From Octopus sinensis (lineage: Eukaryota), in contig NC_042999.1 in NCBI RefSeq assembly GCF_006345805.1, positions 150,908,001 through 150,972,000 of the forward strand: DNA of 64,000 nucleotides, read 5' to 3'. Below the pieces are notes generated by a model. That model made no database searches and had not been told where the DNA came from. It was given only the letters and a program-made list of their open reading frames with translations. Below, one piece after another: positions 37,560-51,572 of this stretch. The translations under genes were made by a program, and so were the position numbers. The number at the start of each line of letters is the position of its first letter. The stretch's first letter is position 1.

Positions 37560-37740
37560 CTCTCTCGCTCTCTTTCTCATCTCTGTCTTTCTGTACTACA
37601 GGACGTTTCTATCCTTGTGTGTGTGTGTATGTGTGCGCGCGTGCGCCATTGTGTGTGTGTGTGTGTCTGTCTGTCCCTCTCTTCTCTGCCTGTTTGTCTG
37701 TCTGTCTCATTCTCTTCTCTCCTCTCTCTCTCACTCACTC
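37140..37740. repeat. Compound (CT)/(GT) satellite with a recurring CTCGCTCCCTCTGTGTG unit
   Basis: Direct reading. It is the source of the 292-, 205- and 189-aa spurious ORFs. Confidence 0.95.
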
Positions 37741-37932
37741 ATATGTACCACAGGACAGATGTTACTAATAACCTAACCTTCATCCTAAGCAACAACAACA
37801 ATAATAACAACAACAACAACAACAACAAAGCCTGTCGGGGGTGGGGTTGGGTTGGGGATAGAATAAAAGAGAAGACAAGAAAAGAAAACACGGGTGATAA
37901 TGAGGTTTAGTGGCAATGAGGAACAGGTTTAC

Positions 37933-38081
37933 TTCCTGTAATGAAATATTACGATCTTGTCGATGTTGTCGTCTGAGAGGCAAAAAAAAGATCTAAACAA
38001 ATTTCCACTGAGTTTTGTTTGTTTTCAATGTTAGTTAAAACACAAAGTAACCATATGCTTACAGCATCATTATCAAAGGTG
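37933..38081 (-). CDS. Candidate exon pair (38063-38081, 37933-37972) of an unidentified minus-strand gene
   Basis: TTTATTTTTCAG|19 nt|GTAAGC, a 90-nt intron containing ACTAAC, then TTTTTTGCCTCTCAG|40 nt|GTAAAC. The spliced frame xPLIMMLRQHRQDRNISLQE is open. Confidence 0.4.
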
Positions 38082-38434
38082 CTGAAAAATAAACCACACA
38101 TTTCAAGCAATTTGATCTTCTTATATCTTCTGGAACTTTCTTTGGTCACTTTGTTACTTGTTTGTTATTTTACTTATATTTTTCTTATTGTTGTTATTTT
38201 TCATCTCGGCTCCCTCCCTATCTGCTCTCTCTCTCTCTCTCTCTCTATCTGCCTGTCTCTGTCTATCTATCTATCTGCCTCTCTCTCTCTGTCTATCTAT
38301 TTGCCTGTCTCTCTCTGTCTATCTGCCTGTCTCTCTCTGTCTATCTATCTGCCTCTCTCTGTCTATCTATCTGCCTCTCTCTCTCTCTCTACCTGCCTAC
38401 ATACCTGTCTGTCTATCTACCTCTCTCTCTCTCC

Positions 38435-38583
38435 CTTAGCGGTTAGAGCTATTTGGCTCACAATTACAAGGGCATGGGTTCAATTCTCATTGGTGCACAG
38501 TGTCTTGCTCAAGGACACTGTGCACCAATGAGAATTGAACCCATGCCCTTGTAATTGTGAGCCAAATAACTCTAACCGCTAAG
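38435..38583. repeat. Near-perfect palindrome: 70-bp arms, 1 mismatch, 9-nt loop, built from a SINE tRNA-like head
   Basis: 38435-38504 versus the reverse complement of 38514-38583. The only mismatch is C38449 opposite A38569. The arms contain TAGCGGTTAGAG and GGGTTCAATTC. Confidence 0.95.
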
Positions 38584-38595
38584 CCAACGACAACA

Positions 38596-39003
38596 AAAGG
38601 CGCAGGAGTGACTGTGTGGTAAGTAGCTTGTTTCCCAACCACATGGTTCCAGGTTCAGTTCCACTGCATGGCACTTTGGGCAAGTGTCTTCTACTATAGC
38701 CTCGGGCCGACCAAAGCCTTGTGAGTGGATTTGGTAGATAGAAACTGAAAAAAAGCCCGTCGTATATATGTATATATATATATGCGCGTGTATGTTTGTG
38801 TGTCTGTGTTTGCCCCCTAGCATTGCTTGACAACCGATGCTGGTGTGTTTATGTCCCCGTTACTTAGCGGTTCGGCAAAAGAGACCGATAGAATAAGTAC
38901 TGGGCATACAAAAAGAATAAGTCCCGGAGTCGAGTTGCTCAATTAAAGGCGGTGCTCCCGCATGGCCACAGTCAAATGACTGAAACAAGTAAAAGAGTAA
39001 AGA
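38596..39003 (+). mobile_element. Full-length young family B SINE
   Basis: AGGCGCAGGAGTGACTGTGTGGTAAG through GACTGAAACAAGTAAAAGAGTAAAAGAG, with CpGs retained. Another full copy is at 40235-40620. Confidence 0.9.
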
Positions 39004-40940
39004 GTAATATTTTATAAACTCATTGGATTTGAGTATTTGTTTCTTCATTTCAAGAGAGCATTGAAGGGTGAGTTGGTTAGGGAGGTTATCAATGAACTAA
39101 CCAAGTGTCTGGTGGTTCATATCTCACTTTTGTCACTACATTATAGACAAATTCTTAAGCCATGGGTGAATGTGATAGATGCTTGCTACATCAGTAAATT
39201 TTCACAAAGAATACAGAATAATACATCTTGTTACTATTATGCAAACGTGTTGCAAGTCCAAAACATTGCTTTTTCAGAAAACGGGAAATAGTTTCACCAT
39301 TCTATTACTTTTTACATCAGCAACAGTTTCAGATTAACAATAAAATGCTCACACACAGACACACACACATGCACAAAGACACACACACACACACACACAC
39401 ACAAAAAGACATGTAGACGCAAAAAAGACACACGGACATACACAATGGGCTTCTTTCAGTTTCCATCTACCAAATCCACTCACAAGGCTTTGGTCAGTCA
39501 AAGGCTATAGTAGAAGACACTTGCTCGAGGTACCCTGCAGTGAGCCTGAACCTGGAACCATGTGGTTGGGAAGCAAACTTCTTATCACATGGCCATTCCT
39601 GTTGCCTACAATAAACTAGCATCTTATCCAGGTGGAGATTTATCACTTGTCTGTTTCATACTATGAAACCAGAGCTAAGCACTGATTCTCATGATGCCAG
39701 CCAGAGACATGTGTGTCCTTTACATTTCACGGGTTTACTCTTCAGATAGCTTGAAACATATAAAGTCTCTTTGCTAAGTTCAGCCATAGAAGTCAAGTAT
39801 TTAATTTATTGAAAGATTTGTATGAGACCTTCCTTAACACTAGAGAAATTAAAGATAAGCGTTGGTATTTTTCTTGTAGGGTGGGCAGTGTTGGCTTGTG
39901 AAACAAACTATTTCATTAGTTGGTTTTTGATAGGAACCAATGAACTAGACACCATTTTAACTGACTTTTCTCAACTTTGATAAAGGAATATGCATACATA
40001 CACATGTATATGTATGTGTGTATGTGTGTGTGTGTAGGGTGGTGACACACCACTGTATTCAAATAAAGCAAAAATGCATTACAAGGTTGTAGATTATAAA
40101 GTTGTGAAAAAAGTATCTGTGTGTGTGTGTGTGTGCACATGTGTATAAGTATTTGTATATATTTATACATACACACACACACATGCATGTATATACACAA
40201 ACATGTGTGTATATATGTATATATATATATATAGCTGCAGGAGTGGCTGTGTGGTAAGTAGCTTGCTTAACAACCACATGGTTTTGGATTCAGTTCCACT
40301 GCATGGCACCTTGGGCTGACCAAAACCTTGTGAGTGGATTTGGTAGACAGAAACTGAAAGAAGCCCATAGTATATTTAAATATATATATATGTATATGTG
40401 TGTGTGTATGTTTGTGTGTCTGTGTTTGTCTCCCCACCACCGCTTGACAACCGATGCTGGTGTGTTTACCTACCCCTAACTTAGCAGTTTGGCAAAAGAG
40501 ACTGACGGAATAAGTACTAGGTTTACAATGAATAAGTTCTGGGGTTGATTTGTTCAACTAAAGGCGGTGCTCCAGCATGGCCGCAGTCAAATGACTGAAA
40601 CAAATAAAAGAATAAAAGAATACACACACACATGCATATACATACATATATACACACCCATATATTGTTCCTCTTCTAAAATACCTAATGTTTAACATTT
40701 GTTTTATTCATTCATTTATTTATTCCTTATTTTAAACTCAGCTTCAAAAAAAAATAAACCCTGCCTTTCCCACCATCCTTGCCTCTGTTGTGTTTTGCAC
40801 TGAACTATAACGGAACAAGGAGATTTACTCGCTACCAAATTTATAACACAGATAGACGGCCTGTTATCTTAATTCAGTTTTCATTGTGTGCAGAGGAACA
40901 TTGCTAAATCATTCCGAAAACTGTGCATCTTATCGGTACC

Positions 40941-40970
40941 ATGCTACGACTACGTACAAGAGTGAGAGCT
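40941..40970 (+). CDS. Candidate first coding exon (MLRLRTR or MLRLRTRVRA), resembling a mitochondrial presequence
   Basis: ACCATGC start context, Arg-rich with no acidic residues, donors GTGAGA (40962) or GTAATA (40971), unique CpG-containing region 3 kb upstream of the IDH3A-like exon. The link to IDH3A is inference. Confidence 0.25.
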
Positions 40971-41100
40971 GTAATATAGTGTTAGAATTTCTGTCAAACT
41001 AAACTTTAAACATTGTGAAATGTCTCCCGAGACGGAGATAAGCTGGAACAACACATGTTTGCTCTTCAGTTCTCTTTGTTCATTATTATTATTATTATTA

Positions 41101-41137
<37 letters not shown>

Positions 41138-41344
41138 CATCATCATTCTTCTTCTTATTATTATTTTTGTTTTTGTTTTATTTCTTTATTGGTTACTGGT
41201 TTTAATTTATGTTTTTGTTTCATAGTGGCTTACAAATCTTTCTTTGCTTGAGTTGTCATATATATATAATGATGATGATATCATCATCATCATCATCATC
41301 AGTAGCAGCAGCATCACCATCATTATCCTCAATAGCATCATTTG

Positions 41345-41850
41345 TCGTATGAGGACAGTTGCATTGGGTGGTGCCGATCTCTAATTGTAGAGGAAACAAT
41401 GTGAAAGGGGTAGACCCAGGAAGATATGGGATGAAGTGGTGAGAAAGGATCTACGAATATTGGGACTGACAGAGGGGATGACAGGGCACCAAGACCCCTG
41501 GTGGTTAGCTGTGCTTGAAAAGACATGTGAAGCTAAGTAAAAGCGGGGTTGCCCTTGCATACAGGCTCATCCCTTGCAATTCTCTTCAGGTGGGGATCCC
41601 TAATCTTGCAGGGTCGTAAGTGCTGGTGCACTTACATGAAAGCACCTGTACCAGTGCTGTGTAAAAACACCCGGTATACTCTGTAAAGGGGTTGGCTTTG
41701 GAAGGGCATGCAGCCATAGAAACCATGCCAAAACAGACATGAAGCCTGATCAGCCCTTCAGCTTGTCAGCTCCTGTCAAACCATCCAACCCATGCCAGTA
41801 TGGAAAACGGATATTAGATGATGATGGTAATGGTGGTGGTGGTGATGATG
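41345..41850 (+). mobile_element. Old RTE LINE 3' remnant
   Basis: GRPRKIWDEVVRKDLRILGLTEGMTGHQDPWWLAVLEKTCEAK*, followed by a degraded 3' UTR and ATG tail. Confidence 0.75.
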
Positions 41851-42413
41851 ATTTTCCATGCTGGCATGGGTTGAACAGTATTTGTGGATGCTGGTTGTTT
41901 ATAACTGGTTGCTCTCTATGTTGCCAATAGTCCACTGTTTCCATGCAAAGCAATATTTCCCTGTCTTTTCTTTTATTGTTTATCTTCACATGTTTCAGTC
42001 ATTTAGACTGTGGCCATGCTGGGGCACTTCCTTGAAGAACTTAATTGTTTCTAAGCCTGGTACTTATTCTATCAGTGTCTTTTGCCGAACCACTAAGTCA
42101 TGGGGACATAAACACACCAACACCAGTTTTCAAGCTGTAGATAGTGGGGTGGCAAGCATAGACACGAAGACGCGCATGCGCACACACACACTCACAGATA
42201 TTCTTTTACTTGTTTCAATCGTGTTACTGTAGTCATGCTGGAGCACCACCTTTTAGTCGAAGAAATCGACCCCAGGACTTATACTTTGAAAGCCTAGAAC
42301 TTACTCTATCGGTCACTTTTGCTGAACTGCTAGATTATGGGGTCTTAAACACACCAGCACCAGTTGTCTAGTTGTAGAGGGTGGGGTGACAAGTGTAGAC
42401 ACAAAGACACGTG

Positions 42414-42466
<53 letters not shown>

Positions 42467-42929
42467 CTCCTGTCAGGATAACTTGGTCTGCCATCCGTCC
42501 GGGACTAAGTCCTTGCTGTCTTTAGTTCCATATGTATATCTTTTGTCATTTACTTGTTTTAAACTATGGCCATGCTGGGGCATTGTGTTGAAAGAGTTTA
42601 GTTGAATGGATCAACCCCACTACCGACCTTTTGTGAAGCCTGGTATTTATTCTATCAGCCTCTTTTGCCAAACTGCTGAGTTACGGGGACATAAACAAAC
42701 CAACACTAGGTTTTCAAGTGGTAAGAAGGACACACGCAGAGACACAATGACACACACACAGACACACTGACACACATATACATGCATAAACATACACATA
42801 TGCATGTAAGATACATTTAAATACTGAAACAAGCAAATGTGTTTAAATTAGTGGAAATAATATTCCCACCTGTCATAACTGGAGTTAAGTTACCAAACAG
42901 GAAGCAATTTATGTCACATATTTGTATCT

Positions 42930-43585
42930 TTGTGGTACCAGTGCCGGTGGCACGTGGCACATAAGAAAACCATCCGAACGTGGCCGTAGCCAGTACCGCA
43001 TCGACTGGCCTCCGTGCTGTGGGCACGTAACAAGCACCATCCGATCGTGGCCGTTTGCCAGCCTCATCTGGCACCTGTGTCGGTGGCACATAAAAACACC
43101 ATCCGAGCGTGGCCGTCTGCCAGCCTCGTCTGGCACCTGTGTCGGTGGCACATAAAAACACCATCCGAGCGTGGCCGTCTGCCAGCCTCGTCTGGCACCT
43201 GTGTCGGTGGCACATAAAACACCATCCGAGCGTGGCCGTCTGCCAGCCTCGTCTGGCACCTGTGTCGGTGGCACATAAAAAACACCATCCGAGCGTGGCC
43301 GTCTGCCAGCCTCGTCTGGCACCTGTGTCGGTGGCACATAAAAAACACCATCCGAGCGTGGCCGTTTGTCAGCCTCGTCTGGCACCTGTGTCGGTGGCAC
43401 ATAAAATCACCCACTACACTCTCGGAGTGGTTGGCGTTAGGAAGGGCATCCAGCTGTAGAAACACTGCCAGATCTGACTGGACTGGTGCAGCTTTCGGGC
43501 TCCCCAGACCCCAGTTGAACCGTCCAACCCATGCTAGCATGGAAAGCGGACGTTAAATGATGATGATGATGATGATGATGATGAC
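42930..43585 (+). mobile_element. RTE 3'-UTR element with six tandem 61-63-bp units (43022-43395)
   Basis: Units start at 43022, 43085, 43147, 43209, 43270 and 43333 and differ mostly in A-run length. It ends GGAAAGCGGACGTTAAATGATGATG. Confidence 0.9.
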
Positions 43586-43637
43586 ACCCACTCACATATA
43601 CATTCGTAGATACATTCATACTTATGTGCATGTATGC

Positions 43638-43689
<52 letters not shown>

Positions 43690-43963
43690 CCCACAAGTGT
43701 AAACAAGAGAGACAGAGAAAGGCAGAAACAAGGAAAATGCCACTTATATTTGAACTTCTTTTAAAAAAAACTTTTCTTTTAATTTTTCTAAATTTAATTA
43801 TTTAATCGTTACAGTTGATAAGGTTTCAAATGACTGAAACCGGTACTGAAATGTTCTTTATAAAATTATTTTAGCATTTTCTATCTTGACTTGTTTTTTC
43901 ATATATATCAACTTGTGTGTTCCTTTTCATCCTTATACATATATATATATATATATTATATAT

Positions 43964-44025
<62 letters not shown>

Positions 44026-44028
<3 letters not shown>

Positions 44029-44178
44029 CCCATAGAATGGGATACTGTTGATGTTACTCCAGTGAAGGGTCCAGATGGAAAATTCCGTCTTCCACAGAAA
44101 GTATGTGAATCAATGGCTGAAACTAAATGCTACCCCAGTCGGTAAAGGACATCAATCCCTCAACTTAGCATTGAGAAA
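44026..44178 (+). pseudogene. IDH3A: Isocitrate dehydrogenase [NAD] subunit alpha-like exon with a frameshifting deletion
   Basis: VPIEWDTVDVTPVKGPDGKFRLPQKVCESMAETK, then in another frame ATPVGKGHQSLNLALRK and AA|GTTGGT. This matches invertebrate IDH3A VPIEW..VDVTPV.GPDGKF..P...TPVGKGH.SLNLALRK. The conserved IGLKGPL segment is missing (about 20 nt), and the acceptor abuts an (AT)n expansion. Confidence 0.8.
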
Positions 44179-44485
44179 GTTGGTTTATTTAATTAATTTA
44201 ATTAATTGATAACCTTATTTTATACTGATTAACTTGTTAGGTTATTAATAATGAGGATTTCTAACATAGGTAGGGGGTTGGGCACACATTTTGTTGGAGA
44301 GGGTGCAGTTAATTAAATTAAATCGAGAACCTGACTGAAGGATGAAGGCAAAATCAACCCTGGTAGGATTTTGATTCAGAATGTAAAGAATCAAATCTTT
44401 AATACTTACAAGGCATTTTGTTGGATGCTCTACTGTTTCTATCTTTTACTGCCTTTTAGTTTATTGATAATCATAAAATTATTTG

Positions 44486-47330
<2,845 letters not shown>

Positions 47331-47462
47331 TAATATTGCAGGTTCCTACTCTCTCTCTCAGACTACATATATGCGTGTGTGTGTGTAGCATGCATATGTG
47401 TATGTTATGCGTAGTATAGGGAAGTAATCTTACACATCTCCCCTCTTTTCTCTCACACACAT

Positions 47463-47497
<35 letters not shown>

Positions 47498-48405
47498 CAT
47501 ATACATACATACATATGCACATAAACATATATAGTGTGTGATATATAAGTGTCTGTGTGTGTGTGTCTGCATATATGTGTACATATGTATGCATGTATTT
47601 AAGAATGCTAAATTTATTCAACCACTTCAGTGCTGTTTCAAAAACAGACCCTGAAGATAAATAAGCACTTGTAAAGGAATTGGGTTCCTATCTTGTTGTA
47701 ATTATTGTTGGGGCCAGTCTGGTCATTGCTTTTGTTGTTATTGTTGATGTTGTTGTTGCAAGTGTTGCTGTTTATGTCACTGTTGCTTTTTAAAATTTTA
47801 TTCCCGAATACTTAAATATTTAAATGTTTATTTTTCTCATGTGACTTTCATGGGTGACATAAGTATGTCTGGCAGTAACTAGTGCCAGAATATGATAATA
47901 TCTACTGTAAGGTCTGGCAAAAATCATAGAAACAAATGCTAGGTGTCGTATACGAGATCAAGTGCTTGGCAGTGGTTAATTTCATTTTCATATGTTTTAG
48001 GTTCAATTTTTACCAGGGCTAATTATCAGGGTACATCTTTTATGTCTGCAGAAACAAGGAGTTTTTTTGTTATAGTTACTCAATCTGTTAGAAATAGCGA
48101 TGCAAACTCTTTTGAATCAAACCCCTATTTTTTTTTATTCAGGACCAATTCCCTCTCAGGCCAATAGAATCAACTTCTGTCCTTTCATGATTGAGTGATC
48201 AGTGGCAAAACTAACTCTGTGCTCATTGAACAGGGTGTATGTAGGGATCCAGCAGGATTAAGAAAAGAACAGCAAAACCTGTGAAAGGCATGGCAAGGGA
48301 ACTATGAAACAATGGCACTCATATCCTAAGGAAGATGAGGGCAAAACACACACATATACATACATATACTTATATATATATATATATGCCTTGTGGGCAG
48401 TAAAG

Positions 48406-48448
<43 letters not shown>

Positions 48449-48887
48449 ATGGGCTTCTTTCAGTTTCTGTCTACCAAATCCACTCTCAAGGCTTTGGTCG
48501 GCCCGAGGCTATAGTAGAAGACACTCGCCCAAGGTGCCACGCAGTGGGACTGAACCCGGAACCATGTGGTTCATAAGCAAGCTACTTACCACACAGCCAC
48601 TCCTGCGCTTTGTTAGTTTGAAAATATTGAAGAATTTAGAAAATATTTTCATTACTAAGCTGGTGTTGATAACAAAAGTTAACGCTCTTTCTCTCTCTCT
48701 CTATCTCTCTCTCTCTCACACACACACAAAGGGTTTCTTTCAGTTTCCATCTATCAAATCCACTTACAAGGCTTTGGTCGACCCAAGGCCATAACAGATG
48801 ACACTTGCCCAATGTGCCATGCAGTGGGACTGAACCGGGAACCCTGTGGTTGGGAAGCAAACTTCTTACCACACAGCTAAGCCTGCA

Positions 48888-48998
<111 letters not shown>

Positions 48999-49096
48999 TT
49001 CTCTATATAAAATACACTTTGTAGTGCTCAAGAGATTTGAACTTTAATATTCTGTGTAAATTGACATGCCTAACTTGCTTGTCCCTACATTTACTC

Positions 49097-49133
<37 letters not shown>

Positions 49134-49689
49134 CAGTCAGACAGACAGGCAGATAGGGAAATGTAATTAATTTCTCATATAAAGTATTATAATACAGCAA
49201 CAAATTTGTTTGTTATGCTAACGTCAGAGATTTTGTACGTCCCTCTCACCACAAGGATTGTGTTCTAATCCCACTAGACCAGGTGCAAAATCCTTCCAGC
49301 TCAGTAAACCCAATTGGAATTGAATGCTAAAGAACAAATTGCTCCCTGTTCTAGTCTTATGATCCTGTTATTTGACCCCTGCAAACCTTTTAGTTTTCAG
49401 TATGAAGTTCAAATCCTGTTATGTTTAATGTAAATAGCTAATGTGAATTTACTGTGTTCTATCAGATGTCTTGTTTGGATACTGGAGCTGTACCAGGTGG
49501 AATCTTCTTCTTAGATGTTTTATTAATGTAACTGTATAAAGACCATGTGGTGACTATCTGTGGTCATTCATTCACACATTGAATCTAATCAGACACTGAT
49601 GTATTTAGTTTCATTGATAATTGCAATTGACTTTGGGAGAGGATAACCAATAACTTCTGGAATTCCTATGAATTTTGTTTCATATTTCT

Positions 49690-49917
49690 TTAACCCTTTC
49701 ATTACTGTATTTATTTTGAGATGCTCTGTGTTTCTTTCAATTATTTTAAATATAACAAAGAATTTAGTAAAATAACTCAGTTATCATTAAGCTAGTGTTA
49801 GGAACATAAATTGTGATTAAGGTTTGGTGGAAGATTTTAATTCAAAACTTATGAAAACAAGACATTTGTACTCAGAGCCAGAGCCAGTTTCAGCCGGGCT
49901 GGTAATGAAAGGGTTAA
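49690..49917 (+). mobile_element. piggyBac-type MITE family E, intact
   Basis: TTAACCCTTTCATTAC / GTAATGAAAGGGTTAA perfect TIRs including TTAA. Confidence 0.92.
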
Positions 49918-50687
49918 GATTGTGTTAGAGCAATGTGATTTTTTTTCTCTCGTTAGAATGACATTGTAGGGTAGGTGTGAAAGACCAGATCCAGCCAGTT
50001 GAAATATTTGAGCTGGTTATGGCCAGTTTAAATACCAAAGGGTTAAACATAGACTCACAGATTAAATATTATTCCACCCCCCCCACACACACACATACAC
50101 ACATCATGTAGTTGTAAGCATGAACAGGGATAGCTGTGACAGTAAATAGGGGAAATGTTTGTCTCTGATACAACTGTATTATATTTTGTAAATAAAAACT
50201 AAACAACCACATTGTAACATATGATACATGTATAAACAAACATGTCATTTTTTTTTACACTATTTTCTTGTTTTTCTTTCTTCTCCTTCTCCTCTGCTCT
50301 CTTTCATCCTCTCTCTCTCCTTTTCTCTGTCTTTGTCTCTCTGTCTGTCTCTCTCATCTATCATTTCATTGATTAGCCACCCTTATGGATGGATGTGTGT
50401 GTGTGTGTGTGTGTGTATCACCATGTGCGTGCGTGTGTTTATATATCTCAATGTATATTTATATATGAGAGAGAAAGAGAGAGGGATATATATGGATTTA
50501 AGTGGATGTGTATGCATGTATCTCAAAACATTCATGTGTATGTGAATATGTTTGTTCATCTATGTATGTAATATGTATGTGCTCCAGCATGGCTGCAGTC
50601 AAATGACTGAAACAAGTAAAAGAATAAAAGAATACATATGCATGCAATGTGTGTGTATGTGTGCATATATATATATGCATGCACTTA

Positions 50688-50723
<36 letters not shown>

Positions 50724-50725
50724 TG

Positions 50726-50762
<37 letters not shown>

Positions 50763-51535
50763 ATGCACTTATATATATGCATATATAGATACATACACAC
50801 ATACATGTAAGTACATATGTACATATATAATTCTGTGTGCTTATGTATATGCATATAAACACATAGACACACATACGTATTGAGCAACACACACACACAC
50901 ACACACATACAAGTGAGAAGAGGAAGGCTGTTTTGATTGGTGCCAGTAGCCAAAGTATGGCAGATATCAAGGCAAATGGCAACGGTTGACTTTTTGTCAG
51001 TCGTTAGAGTCGTTAAAGGTAGTCAAAGTGGTCAGTGTCTAATTAGTGTTTAATATCAAGGTCCTCATTTGGGTGTCACACCTCTGTAGTTTAGCCACCA
51101 TTAAGGTTTCTAGAAAGTTCTCTCTTGTCACATGTTAGCTGTTGCTTCGCTATATGTAATTATGTGTGTGTGTGTGTGTGTGTTTGTGTATCTCTATATG
51201 TATTTGTATGTATATATGTTTGCATGTGTGTATGTTTGTGTATGTGTGTGTATCATCATCATCAGTATCATCATTTAACCTCTGTTGTCCATACTGGCAT
51301 GGGTGTGTGGATATATGTATAATTGTATTTATATGTATGTATGCTTGTATGTGTGTGTGTACATGTATATGTATTTTTCTATCTATGTGTATCTGTATGC
51401 ATATGTGCCAACACATGTATGTATGCATGTCTCTGTATGTATATAATGTAGGTGTGTATGTATGTTGCATGTTATGTGTATGTATATATATATATATACA
51501 TACACATAACATGCAACATACATACATACATGTTT

Positions 51536-51570
<35 letters not shown>

Positions 51571-51572
<2 letters not shown>

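Noticed and set aside
37032-37910. 292-, 205- and 189-aa ORFs
   Set aside because: Translations of (CT)/(GT) satellite. The same applies to the many YI, HT and CV ORFs across the window.
38596-38665. tRNA genes
   Set aside because: A/B-box segments are SINE heads continuous with SINE bodies and do not form a complete cloverleaf with an acceptor stem. No true tRNA or rRNA gene was seen.
39715-39750. Minus-strand CTGAAGA...GAAA
   Set aside because: No credible stem II or stem I. Expected by chance.
43022-43395. CRISPR-like array of about 62-bp repeats
   Set aside because: Units are contiguous with no unique spacers, there are no cas genes, and the array lies inside an RTE 3' UTR in eukaryotic DNA.
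49200-49330. YANVR...GIE peptide with the same spacing as the next IDH3A exon
   Set aside because: The 29 intervening residues show no similarity to PCxSIEGY..RENTEGEYS, and there is no matching donor. Treated as chance.
51166-51570. N-terminal 135 codons of the 619-aa ORF
   Set aside because: Microsatellite read-through (CV/YI repeats). Real RT similarity starts only at 51571.
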